Virus record (IMG/VR): IMGVR_UViG_3300021426_000001
DNA length: 64,000 nucleotides
Strand: one strand, 5' to 3'
Source of the DNA: a virus
Taxonomy: Duplodnaviria; Caudoviricetes
This document shows positions 53,515 to 62,747 of this stretch, piece after piece. The notes beneath the pieces are model-generated. The model did not search any database. It saw nothing but the letters and a program-made list of their open reading frames with translations, and was not told where the DNA came from. The translations under genes were made by a program, and so were the position numbers. Each line of letters opens with the position of its first letter. The first letter of the stretch is position 1.

Positions 53515-53947
53515 GTTCGATCTTCATAGTGTCGAGGATCTTCTTGATGACTGTGCGTAGACCCTTGCTGAACAACTCGATGTCGGAAGTCCATGTAAAT
53601 GCGTCCATCTCCTGGATCCAGAATCCGCGATCGTTCTTGAATGTAGACTTGCAGTAGACCTGTTCGATCAAATCATCATCGGCTCGTGCTACGAAGAGAT
53701 GAATGTCCTTTGTCTTGAGATACGGCATTACACCAGGGTCAAATTCGAGCTGGACTCTCGGATCACAGATGTTCGTCTCTTCATCTAGCTCGCGAAGAGC
53801 TACATCGAAGTCGTTACTCTCATTCGTCATCTTCATCCCCTTTGGGACATTCCAGCTTCCCTCGTTGAATGATGCGCCAGTAGGATGACATGCTAGAATT
53901 TCATTCTTGCTGTTGAGAATGAGAAATCCACAACTGATACTGTTCAT
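53501..53947 (-). CDS. Nudix hydrolase (T4 NudE-like)
   Basis: WNVPKG...ALRELDEET Nudix box. Confidence 0.85.
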   Translation of the reverse strand: MNSISCGFLILNSKNEILACHPTGASFNEGSWNVPKGMKMTNESNDFDVALRELDEETNICDPRVQLEFDPGVMPYLKTKDIHLFVARADDDLIEQVYCKSTFKNDRGFWIQEMDAFTWTSDIELFSKGLRTVIKKILDTMKIELGKV

Positions 53948-53994
53948 AATTTCTCCCTATTTGAGTTCACAGACTGAAGTTGTTTTACAGTTGA

Positions 53995-54023
53995 AATATA
54001 AATAAATCGTAGCTTTTTCTAAA
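53995..54023. promoter_or_regulatory. overlapping minus-strand early promoter and plus-strand late promoter
   Basis: TTTAGA-17-TATATT on minus; TATAAATA 53997-54004 on plus. Confidence 0.6.
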
Positions 54024-54044
54024 CCCATATTTTGAGAGAATCTT

Positions 54045-54320
54045 ATGAGACTATCAGAATCTTTTACACATCTGATCAAGAGCGGCGCAAAGTTCTTGAC
54101 TGAAGCAGAAGAGCGAGAGGCTCAGTACATCGCTGAGCTCAGACAGGCAGTGATGGTCAGAGCCGAGGCTGAGAACTTCGACAAGACGATCGATCAAGAC
54201 TATCTAGAGTCAGTCATGTTCGAAGCTTATAGCAGAGGAATGCCTCTAGAAGAGGCAAAAGAGCAGGTATGGCTCGCTGTCTATGTAGACAAAGATGCTG
54301 GTCCGGAGGTGATCGAATGA
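54045..54320 (+). CDS. late small protein
   Basis: MRLSESFTHLIKSGAKFLTE motif. Confidence 0.65.
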   Translation: MRLSESFTHLIKSGAKFLTEAEEREAQYIAELRQAVMVRAEAENFDKTIDQDYLESVMFEAYSRGMPLEEAKEQVWLAVYVDKDAGPEVIE

Positions 54321-55315
54321 CCATTCTAGACATGATCCTAGAGCGTGAGTTGACGCCTGAGCAGAGAGAAGCTAAGAGACTTCGCGCAAAGGCGAGAAGA
54401 GAGAAGCGCAGAGAGCAGACCGGAAGTGCAAGTCCAGCTCCAGCTCCCTCAAGAGACGATTCTCATCTTGACGACGTGGTCCGAAACAGAGAGCCAGATC
54501 CAGACTCCTCAGTAGAGATCTCATCTGGATTCCTTAGAGTTCAGTGGAGAAAGTACAACGAGAAGTACTTCGGTGGAGAGCTCAGAGAGCCGAAGTTCTT
54601 CATGCCGAAGAGCGGAAGTGGCTCTATGGGTGTCTGCACTCACGACTACGATCCGAGGTCCAACGAGATTTACTGCTCAGCTATCCGCATAAACGAGAAG
54701 CTCGAGAACTATCAGACCTTCAGAAACGTGATGGTTCACGAGATGGTTCACCAGTGGGCTTACCAGCAGCTCGACGAAGAAGACATCAGAAGAGCTAACG
54801 GATACGGCATGGCGAGAAGCCGAAAGTGGTGGAACGCTCTGACGAGTCCGATGGGCAGGGACGGACATCACGGCACATGGCTTCAGAAGTGCGAAGAACT
54901 TACCAGTAAGTTCCCTTATCTGAAGCTCACTAAGTATGGTCAGAAGGACGAGCTAGAGCTAGAGGGCGAAGAGAAGAGCGCTGCTGTCGAAGCTGCTAAG
55001 GGCAATCACATCGTTCTGTGTGAGCCTGGCGGAGGAAGACACAAGTACTTCTACTACCTCACAGACAGCGGATTCCAGGAGCTGAAGAGCGAGATCGAAG
55101 CTGGAAAGAGAGCTGGAAAGTGGGTCGAGTACGAGTTCGATCCAGAGAAGCTATCGAAAGAGAAGATCACTGCTCTCACTAGCGCCGGAAAGAGCGCATA
55201 CAAGGGCAGCTACCTCGATGACCTAATCGAGAGAGGAGTCGTGAGCAAGTGGAACTCTAAGCATCTCGGCGGAGAGAAGAGCACAGCAAGAAGAGTCAGA
55301 TTCTCATGGTTCTGA
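54317..55315 (+). CDS. SprT-like zinc metalloprotease
   Basis: YNEKYFGGEL, HEMVH, GHHGTW; likely start MTILDMILE. Confidence 0.8.
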   Translation: MTILDMILERELTPEQREAKRLRAKARREKRREQTGSASPAPAPSRDDSHLDDVVRNREPDPDSSVEISSGFLRVQWRKYNEKYFGGELREPKFFMPKSGSGSMGVCTHDYDPRSNEIYCSAIRINEKLENYQTFRNVMVHEMVHQWAYQQLDEEDIRRANGYGMARSRKWWNALTSPMGRDGHHGTWLQKCEELTSKFPYLKLTKYGQKDELELEGEEKSAAVEAAKGNHIVLCEPGGGRHKYFYYLTDSGFQELKSEIEAGKRAGKWVEYEFDPEKLSKEKITALTSAGKSAYKGSYLDDLIERGVVSKWNSKHLGGEKSTARRVRFSWF

Positions 55316-55337
55316 TATAAATAGAACGAGGTTTAAT

Positions 55338-55652
55338 ATGGAGATGAATTTTAGTCAAGCGAAAGAGCTCCTAGAGAGCGTTGGAATGAGGATAGAGGAA
55401 GATACTCTAGAAGCCAAGAGTGAGCTCGCAGATACCTTCATTCACTCTATCATGCTAGAGATAGAAAAATACACTTCTGGAAGAACTTCAAAGTATTTTA
55501 AACACTACGAAATAGAGATCATGCGACAGATAATGGCTTTTGTATATGAGTATGCACAGAGAACATGCGAACTGAGCGGAAGTCCATGTAACTTGGAAAC
55601 TCTAAAGCAAGTGATAAAATCAGAATATGATGCAAATCATGTAGGAAAGTGA
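55338..55652 (+). CDS. late protein with N-terminal ESAG motif
   Basis: TATAAATA 55316-55323; MNFSQAKELLESVGMRIEE. Confidence 0.7.
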   Translation: MEMNFSQAKELLESVGMRIEEDTLEAKSELADTFIHSIMLEIEKYTSGRTSKYFKHYEIEIMRQIMAFVYEYAQRTCELSGSPCNLETLKQVIKSEYDANHVGK

Positions 55653-55653
55653 T

Positions 55654-56025
55654 ATGGCTATGACATTTGAGCAAGCGATCGACATCCTGGCATCTGAGCC
55701 AGTCATCCTAGAGTCTAAGGGACCGAGAACGGCAGAAGACTGGAAGAAGATCTCAGAGATCTGGCTGAAGAAGAGAGACGAGCAAGTCAAGCTTCTTCAG
55801 GACAACCCTCAGTGGATCGGAAGACCAGCTGAGCTGAGCACTAAGAAGCTCATCGCCAAGTACAACGGCTACTACAAGAGAGCCCTCGAAGAGTTGAAGA
55901 ACTGCGAGGACTACGATGAGCGCATGAGAGAAGAGCAGCGCCAGGCTGACCTCGAGTGGGAGCAGCAGTGCGAGCTAGAGACGATGCGCAACTATGACTT
56001 CGATCGCGGAGACTGGAGATACTAG
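55654..56025 (+). CDS. late protein with ESAG-like motif
   Basis: MTFEQAIDILASEPVILE. Confidence 0.65.
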   Translation: MAMTFEQAIDILASEPVILESKGPRTAEDWKKISEIWLKKRDEQVKLLQDNPQWIGRPAELSTKKLIAKYNGYYKRALEELKNCEDYDERMREEQRQADLEWEQQCELETMRNYDFDRGDWRY

Positions 56026-56195
56026 GTTGAATCATGTCACTAGCGAATTGGCGAAAGATGAGGCCAGAGAACTGCCAGATGAAGAACTTCGATCCCGAGA
56101 AGGCGTTCATTAGCCTGCTGCGGACAAGATCGAACGTCAGCACTTTCTGGCTGTCTGAAGTCATACCGAGGATTCTCGGAAAGAAGAAGCTGTAG

Positions 56196-56228
56196 AAAAA
56201 GAGGATGAGAAAGATCTCATCCTCTTTT
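56196..56228. terminator. bidirectional terminator
   Basis: AAAAAGAGGATGAGA...TCTCATCCTCTTTT between convergent genes. Confidence 0.75.
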
Positions 56229-56229
56229 G

Positions 56230-57315
56230 TTATAGTTCCAGATTTAGCGCTTCATCGATAGTGTCATCCATGTCGAAGTACTTGTATTGACCGAGTCTTC
56301 CGACGAATACCACCTTATCATTCACGATCGCCTTGTACTTTTCGTATAGGGCATTATTCTTTTCATTATTGACTGGATAGTATGGGACTTCTCCCTTCTT
56401 CCATTCTGAGCTGAACTCCCTACTTACGATCGTCTTGTCGCTTCCACGGTCGTTGAACCACTTGTGTTCGATGCTTCGAGTGTATGGTTCTTCGTTTGAA
56501 GTGTAGTTGACGACAGCATTGCCTTGATAGTTCTTCTTGTCATACTCTACCGTCTCGAATCTCACTGAGCGATACTCAAGAGGTCCAAAGCAATAGTCGT
56601 AGTACTCGTCAATGCATCCCGAGTAGTAGATCTTGTCTGCCATCTTGATCCACTTCTCCTTGTCTGCCAAGAAGTCAGTGTTCAGCAAGATGTCTGCTCC
56701 ATCGAACATCCTAGCTATGAGAGCAGTGTAGCCCTCTATCGGAATGCCCTGATACTTGTCGTTGAAGTAGTTGTTGTCGTAAGTGAATCTGAGAGGTATG
56801 CGCTTGATGATCTCCGGTGGAAGCTCTGTGCACTTTCTGCCCCATTGCTTCTCTGTGTAGCCCTTGATCAACTTCTCATAGATCGTTCTGCCCACCATAG
56901 AGATCGCTTGCTCTTCCAAGTTCGTAGGGAAGCACATATTCTCTTTCATCTTCTCATTCAGAATAGCCTCTTCTGCCTGATGCGGAGTGACTACGCCGAA
57001 GAGCTTGCTGAACGTGTTCATGTTGAACGGAAGATTGTAGATCTCGTCTCTGTAGTTAGCGATGGGACTGTTTACGAAGTTGTTGAACTCACCGAACTTG
57101 TTGATGAAGTTCCAGACGTTCTCGTTAGAAGTGTGAAAGATGTGAGCGCCATACTTGTGGACATCAATGCCATCTTTTCGATATGTAAAGCAGTTGCCAG
57201 CGATATGATTGCGCTTTTCGATGACAAGAACATTCTTGCCTTTGTTGATTAGTCTCCATGCAAGGACTGCATTGAAGAGTCCTGCGCCGACTAGCAAAAC
57301 GTCATAATGCTTCAT
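56230..57315 (-). CDS. glf: UDP-galactopyranose mutase
   Basis: VGAGL, HKYGAHIFHT, FTYDNNYFND.YQGIP, PYYPVN, GRLGQYKYFDMD. Confidence 0.95.
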   Translation of the reverse strand: MKHYDVLLVGAGLFNAVLAWRLINKGKNVLVIEKRNHIAGNCFTYRKDGIDVHKYGAHIFHTSNENVWNFINKFGEFNNFVNSPIANYRDEIYNLPFNMNTFSKLFGVVTPHQAEEAILNEKMKENMCFPTNLEEQAISMVGRTIYEKLIKGYTEKQWGRKCTELPPEIIKRIPLRFTYDNNYFNDKYQGIPIEGYTALIARMFDGADILLNTDFLADKEKWIKMADKIYYSGCIDEYYDYCFGPLEYRSVRFETVEYDKKNYQGNAVVNYTSNEEPYTRSIEHKWFNDRGSDKTIVSREFSSEWKKGEVPYYPVNNEKNNALYEKYKAIVNDKVVFVGRLGQYKYFDMDDTIDEALNLEL

Positions 57316-57404
57316 TTCAATTTCTCTCTCAACAGTGTAGTTGAAATTCCTTGTGTAAATGGTAAAATCTGTGCCACCGCAATTATTACAAATAACATTC
57401 ATAC

Positions 57405-57848
57405 TTAATTCTCTAATAATTTATTTCTAAATAATGTTGAACTATAATCGTGCTTTCTTTCATTATAATAAATTTCAATTCCTTCCAAATCCCAGCCCGT
57501 GTGTTTCGTTCCTTTATACTCTTCACCAACGAAACGAATATCAGGTTTGATTATTTTGAGCATATTTAGCAAATCACGTTCTGTATCAAACGGAATAATT
57601 AAATCAGCGTATTTAATAGATGTGATTTGAATCCAGCGTTCAAACGTCGTTTGACAAGGTTTATTTTTTTCATTTCTGTCATTTGTTGGGTCAGTCAATA
57701 AGCCTACAACCAAAAAATCACAATTTCGTTTTGCTTCAGCTAGCATAATATCATGGCCGCAATGGGGACCGAGTTCAAAAGTTGAACAAGTAAATCCTAT
57801 CTTCTTTCCTTCTTTTCTAGCTTGTTCAATCGTATCTAAACTGTCCAT
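57405..57848 (-). CDS. glycerol-3-phosphate cytidylyltransferase-like
   Basis: GFTCSTF...HCGH, RFVGEEY, RKHDYSST. Confidence 0.85.
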   Translation of the reverse strand: MDSLDTIEQARKEGKKIGFTCSTFELGPHCGHDIMLAEAKRNCDFLVVGLLTDPTNDRNEKNKPCQTTFERWIQITSIKYADLIIPFDTERDLLNMLKIIKPDIRFVGEEYKGTKHTGWDLEGIEIYYNERKHDYSSTLFRNKLLEN

Positions 57849-58861
57849 AATTTAATCATTTCCTTAATTTCGTTTAATGTTCTTTGCTTTAATTCATCGG
57901 TGCTATATTTATAAATACGAATCCACTGTGTAAGTTCAGCGATATAGATTTGTTTTTTATAATTCTTGTAATAATTCAATACTACAGCATATTCGTCAGT
58001 TTTATTATATCGTTTCAGCGAATGAAGTAATTTGCCTATATCTAATAACCAAGACGAATATAATTTTTCACTATAAATTGGGTCTATTAAATACAGCTTA
58101 TCATTCATTTTTAGAACATTATCAAGTGAAAAGTCTCCATGACTAAAAGTAATATGCTCATCAAAAAACTTTTGCTCAATCTTCATAGCAGTTATGATAG
58201 ATTTCTTTTCATCCTCAGTTAATGGAATATTACTAAGATGTGAACTTATCCTATCAATATAAGTTTGAAATTGTGCTGCTGAAATAGATTTGATATACTG
58301 TTCTTTATCAAGTAACTCTATGATTTCAAAAATTGTTGGCTCGCTATCGCTTTTAATGTATTCCATAGCAATAGTGTTTCCTATTACACTATGAATTTTT
58401 GGAACATTGAAAAATTTTTTTGAAATTTCAAACCAAGCTATTACATCTTTTGTGTCGTCAGCAGTTTTATAAATTTTTCCATCACGAAGTTCTATTTTAG
58501 CCCCGCTCATACCAGTCTTAATAGTTTCAAATGATATGTCCATAAACTCGTCAGGTTTATATCCCTTATCATCAATATAATAAGAAGCAAGCTTCTTTTG
58601 AAAACTGAGTTCAGTATATTTCACACCGTGCTTCTTAAACCAGTTTCTTATACTTTCTCCATATTTTAGTTCTGCTTCTTCACGCGACGAACAACTTAAA
58701 CTTCCTCTCGCAGTAACATAATAAATGTCCCAGCCCTCATCGTATAACTTATTTAATTTTTCAATAAGTTTTAGATTGGGTTCAGCATTATCAAAATCAT
58801 GATTTAGCGTGAATGAAATACAATCATCAATGTCAACACATATACTGTTAGGATAAGCCAT
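57836..58861 (-). CDS. HAD phosphatase (capsule-biosynthesis type) fused to APH/choline-kinase domain
   Basis: DIDD, TARG, YIDDK; HGDFSLDN and LIDP. Confidence 0.8.
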   Translation of the reverse strand: MAYPNSICVDIDDCISFTLNHDFDNAEPNLKLIEKLNKLYDEGWDIYYVTARGSLSCSSREEAELKYGESIRNWFKKHGVKYTELSFQKKLASYYIDDKGYKPDEFMDISFETIKTGMSGAKIELRDGKIYKTADDTKDVIAWFEISKKFFNVPKIHSVIGNTIAMEYIKSDSEPTIFEIIELLDKEQYIKSISAAQFQTYIDRISSHLSNIPLTEDEKKSIITAMKIEQKFFDEHITFSHGDFSLDNVLKMNDKLYLIDPIYSEKLYSSWLLDIGKLLHSLKRYNKTDEYAVVLNYYKNYKKQIYIAELTQWIRIYKYSTDELKQRTLNEIKEMIKLWTV

Positions 58862-58866
58862 ACTTG

Positions 58867-59565
58867 TTATTCCAATGTATTTTTTGTTATCCTTCCGTTA
58901 TCCAAATAAGAATATACTGGAGGATTACATGTTATTAAATGATTTGATTGAACCCATAGTGTGAATAGTAATAATTCAGCTAAATGAGCTATACTTCTAT
59001 TTACAACAGTATATTTCGTCAAATCACATTTATTTAATAGCAAATCAAACAACCATTCACAATAGGAATTAAAAATTTTTCCTGTTGTTATAAACATATT
59101 GTGTCTATAATGCCAGTTATTATTTAAAATAGTTATAGCATCATTATACATATTAGGATAATGGGTGTGTATCACATCTAATATATCAAACAATTGAGTT
59201 TTTAAGCATCCACAGCATATACCATTATTTGACATAAAACGCTCAGCTAATGTGACTTGATACATACAATTAGAGTCAAATGTACTGCTATGAACTATAA
59301 TATCGTTGGATTTTAATTTTTCTTTTATATCGTTTTCGGATAATCTAAACGTTCTTTTTCTTTGTTCAAACCCAACTATATCTTCATCTTTTACTATATT
59401 TTTCCAACCATAATATAACCCAGTTAATTCACAAAAATATGGGTTATACTTATCAATATTATCTTTATCGTGTGTTATGTCGGAAAAATATGTTTCATGC
59501 ATAGGAGTCAATGGAATGTTTATCCCATGTGAATTTCCGGCTACTATTATTTTTATATTACTCAA
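58867..59565 (-). CDS. DUF4422 (GT111-like galactofuranosyltransferase)
   Basis: DNI..YNPYFCELTGLY..WKN, NMFI, YCEWLF. Confidence 0.75.
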   Translation of the reverse strand: MSNIKIIVAGNSHGINIPLTPMHETYFSDITHDKDNIDKYNPYFCELTGLYYGWKNIVKDEDIVGFEQRKRTFRLSENDIKEKLKSNDIIVHSSTFDSNCMYQVTLAERFMSNNGICCGCLKTQLFDILDVIHTHYPNMYNDAITILNNNWHYRHNMFITTGKIFNSYCEWLFDLLLNKCDLTKYTVVNRSIAHLAELLLFTLWVQSNHLITCNPPVYSYLDNGRITKNTLE

Positions 59566-59572
59566 AATATAC

Positions 59573-60223
59573 CTATCTAGTTATTTTCATACCAATAAAT
59601 TTGTTCTTTTTATTTTTCCAAATGAGCCAGGCACCAAAAAGAAATTCAGTAAAATAACCACAAATTCTACACGGAAGTTCCCTTCCAAAAGTTTTTTCAG
59701 CTAACCTATAGTTTTCAAGCACATCAAAAATAAATGAGCAATACTCATTTATAACTTCTTTCTTTGCTATAAACATATTACACATAATATGATAATCACC
59801 ATTTAGGAAATTAGTACATATATCATAATATTCTTGTCCGACATAATGTTTAGCAAAAATCAAGAATTTCTGTGTATCTAACCATTTGCCATTTCTAATA
59901 AGCCAAGTTTTAATAGGTTTCATAGTTGAATAACCTATAGAACGATTAGACAATATGTCATTATCTTTAAGGATCTCTTTAATCTCATTTTCAGAAAGTA
60001 AGTTTCCATTATCATTAACAAAATATCTTCTATAATGTTCAAGTCCGACAATATCATCATCAACATGCTTCCATAAATAGTAAAGCCCAGTGAGCTCACA
60101 GTACCACGGATTCAGAAAGTCAATGTTGTCGCCCTCATGCGGCTGATCAATCAAGAACTTCTCTCTGATGTTGTCTAATGGCAGAAAACGATTCCTGCTG
60201 CTTCCCACGACGTAAATCTTCAT
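59573..60223 (-). CDS. DUF4422 (GT111-like galactofuranosyltransferase)
   Basis: GDNIDFLNPWYCELTGLYYLWK, GLEHYRRYF, NMFIAK. Confidence 0.8.
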   Translation of the reverse strand: MKIYVVGSSRNRFLPLDNIREKFLIDQPHEGDNIDFLNPWYCELTGLYYLWKHVDDDIVGLEHYRRYFVNDNGNLLSENEIKEILKDNDILSNRSIGYSTMKPIKTWLIRNGKWLDTQKFLIFAKHYVGQEYYDICTNFLNGDYHIMCNMFIAKKEVINEYCSFIFDVLENYRLAEKTFGRELPCRICGYFTEFLFGAWLIWKNKKNKFIGMKITR

Positions 60224-60224
60224 T

Positions 60225-61523
60225 TTATACGTGTCCCTTCATTGTGAATTTCAGGTCACGATCGAACGTGACTCTGTTGCAGTTGAAAATTCTCTTTTTC
60301 TTATATATCATCCAAGGTCCGAGGAGATACTCTCCAATGTAGCCGTCAATCCTCGGAATCTTGAACTTGTGTCGATTGTCGAACTCTCTTAGCACCGGAA
60401 ACAGGAACTGGCAGTACTCGTCAAGCAGCTCTCTGCGGCAGATGAGCATGTTGCCCTCGTAGACGCCAGGACATACCATTATGTACTCGAAGAAGTCAGC
60501 CATCTCTTTTCCGTGCATATCTTGGACGACTTTGAGAGCTAGCTTCAGCTCATCTCCCTTCTTTGCGTAGATCATGCTCTGGAATGCTGTGTCGTATGGC
60601 CACTTGTACATGATGGCGTCACCCTGAGGAAGGATCTGCTCTATCTCACGCTTTCCTAGAATCATACGCTGATCTAAGCAGAAGTATCTGCGATAGTGGC
60701 ATAGACCTACGATGTCGGCAATAGAGTGCTTCCACAGATGATAGAGACCAGTCAGCTCGCAGTACCACGGATTGAGATTATCGATGTTGTCGCCATCGTG
60801 TGGCTGATCGACATAGAATCTAGTAAAAGTGTCGGTCGGAAGGTCTAGAAACTTGTTCTTCGAGCTGCCGACGATGTAGATCTCTACAGAATCCTTTTTC
60901 TCTTCTTTATGTTCAAAAAATTTCATTATGCGTTCATAGTGTTCATGTGCGAACCACTCCACTGATCTATGTCCAGCACCCTCGTAACCTGCGGCGTGTC
61001 CGTGCGGATCATAGATGACCTTGATCTTTGGATTGCTAGTAATCAAATTTGGGTTATGCGTTATGACGACAAGCTTATATTTCAGATTTTCCTTTTCTAT
61101 CTGCCAAAAAGCATGTTCATCATAGTCCATGTGTTCCCACTCAGTTATGAAAGCTGGATCTTCATTTCGATCTAGCATCCTTTTCAGGCGCTCTTTGTAT
61201 TTTTCAATAGCGTATAGCCAAATCCTAGATGATTTTATGTCTGGACCTTCTCGCTTGACACCATCGACATCAGGATCATATAGATAGTGAACGAATCTAA
61301 GATGGACCTTATTTTCTATCACTATCTCGAACATGTCGCCATCCTGATAGGGATGTTTTACACAGGCAACTGAGAAATCATTCCAATTCACCTTTTCCCA
61401 GTTCGTAATGAGATAGAACATCGATTTGAAGTCAAGATCTATCCATGCAAAAGGATTTGTGTTACCTTCTCCAGCGATCTTAGAAATGAAGTTGCTTATG
61501 CAGCAGTTGCCTATTAAATTCAT
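60225..61523 (-). CDS. N-terminal DUF1796/DUF1919-like domain fused to DUF4422
   Basis: IGNCC...NPFAW...RFVHY; GDNIDNLNPWYCELTGLY, HYRRYF; late promoter 61530-61537. Confidence 0.75.
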   Translation of the reverse strand: MNLIGNCCISNFISKIAGEGNTNPFAWIDLDFKSMFYLITNWEKVNWNDFSVACVKHPYQDGDMFEIVIENKVHLRFVHYLYDPDVDGVKREGPDIKSSRIWLYAIEKYKERLKRMLDRNEDPAFITEWEHMDYDEHAFWQIEKENLKYKLVVITHNPNLITSNPKIKVIYDPHGHAAGYEGAGHRSVEWFAHEHYERIMKFFEHKEEKKDSVEIYIVGSSKNKFLDLPTDTFTRFYVDQPHDGDNIDNLNPWYCELTGLYHLWKHSIADIVGLCHYRRYFCLDQRMILGKREIEQILPQGDAIMYKWPYDTAFQSMIYAKKGDELKLALKVVQDMHGKEMADFFEYIMVCPGVYEGNMLICRRELLDEYCQFLFPVLREFDNRHKFKIPRIDGYIGEYLLGPWMIYKKKRIFNCNRVTFDRDLKFTMKGHV

Positions 61524-61606
61524 ACAGTCTATTTATATCAAGTCCGATTGTTGATCGCGTGCATTCTCTGCTTCTTAAGCTCATTCTGAAAATCCATATC
61601 TTTTCC

Positions 61607-62140
61607 TTAATACTTCAGGTCTTCTCTGTAGCCGTCTAGCAGCTTCTTTCTAACTTCGTCGAGCACTTTGCCGAGACGGTTCTGACCCTTCCAATTCTTC
61701 TCATCATCAGCTAGGGGATCTCCCTCTCGAAGTCCGATGCCCCAGATCAGATCTACTGGGCTAGCCTCTACGAATCTCTTTCCGTCAAGCGCTGGATCAG
61801 TGATCTTGTCGAACAAGACTTTGTTCTGGCTGAACTTGCTTAAGCACGCCTTGAGCATGATGTCGTAAGAGACAGCGTTCCAAGCCTCTTGGTCAAAGCC
61901 CTTAGTCGTTCTGCCTAGCTTCTTAGCCAGATCGGATCTTCCCTCGTAGAAGTCCAGCTTCTCGATCAGCTCCACCGTCTCTATGTCGCAGAAGTACAGA
62001 GCCTTGCTCCATGCGTAGCACTGCTCTACGCTGAAGAAGCGTCTTCTGTGTCCATCGAACGTTGTAGCATCCATCGGAGACCATGCGAAGTTGCTCGGCC
62101 ACTGGCCCCAGAACAGGATGTGCTTATCAGTTATAACCAT
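61607..62140 (-). CDS. NADAR (YbiA-like) protein
   Basis: SNF, EQ...KA..F.D, KKLGR, KFSQN, VEASPVDLIWGIG, GQNRLG. Confidence 0.9.
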   Translation of the reverse strand: MVITDKHILFWGQWPSNFAWSPMDATTFDGHRRRFFSVEQCYAWSKALYFCDIETVELIEKLDFYEGRSDLAKKLGRTTKGFDQEAWNAVSYDIMLKACLSKFSQNKVLFDKITDPALDGKRFVEASPVDLIWGIGLREGDPLADDEKNWKGQNRLGKVLDEVRKKLLDGYREDLKY

Positions 62141-62165
62141 ATCTTTTCCTTACTGAAAGTGTCCC

Positions 62166-62375
62166 TTAGTGAAAGTCGAGAAGAATTCTCTTGTCTCGCT
62201 CTTTCTTGAATGACAGATCTTCCCATGCCTTAGCGGCATCATCATATCGGCTGAACTTTGTACACCCGACTTCAGACGCTAGCCAAGTCACGAATTTTCC
62301 GTCTCCAAGGTAGTACTTCTTCTGACCATGTTCATCTACATAATATAGAAAATATTCAGGATGCTTCATCTTCAT
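62166..62375 (-). CDS. hypothetical protein
   Basis: Probable paralog of 62372-62578. Confidence 0.55.
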   Translation of the reverse strand: MKMKHPEYFLYYVDEHGQKKYYLGDGKFVTWLASEVGCTKFSRYDDAAKAWEDLSFKKERDKRILLDFH

Positions 62376-62578
62376 TCATGTCCTATCTCTAGTCCCATGT
62401 TGCGCTCAAGCTTAGACATTCTCTCCGTCCAGTACGATGCTTCGCTGTATGTGTTGAACAGTGTCTTCTTGTTCTCATCATAAACAAAGTCAGTCAAGAA
62501 GGTAGTAGAGCCGATCCTCAGATATGCTCTGTCACCGGTCTTGTTTGTGTAGTATACGAAGAATCTGTCTGGATTCAC
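62372..62578 (-). CDS. hypothetical protein
   Basis: Probable paralog of 62166-62375. Confidence 0.55.
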   Translation of the reverse strand: MNPDRFFVYYTNKTGDRAYLRIGSTTFLTDFVYDENKKTLFNTYSEASYWTERMSKLERNMGLEIGHE

Positions 62579-62747
62579 TTCACCTCTCCATAATGATCGA
62601 CGATGTAGCGTGCGATCATTCCGCGTCTCTTGATCATCCCTGGCGTGATAGTGTTCACGTCAGCGTGATCCATAGCGTCATCGAACAGCTTCTCCCAGAT
62701 GCTTCTGTCGTCTTTCTTCTCGAAGTCCACTTTCATAGTCATGTCCA

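Noticed and set aside
57906-57917. TATAAATA matches inside the AT-rich block
   Set aside because: Expected by chance at this composition and located inside a coding region.
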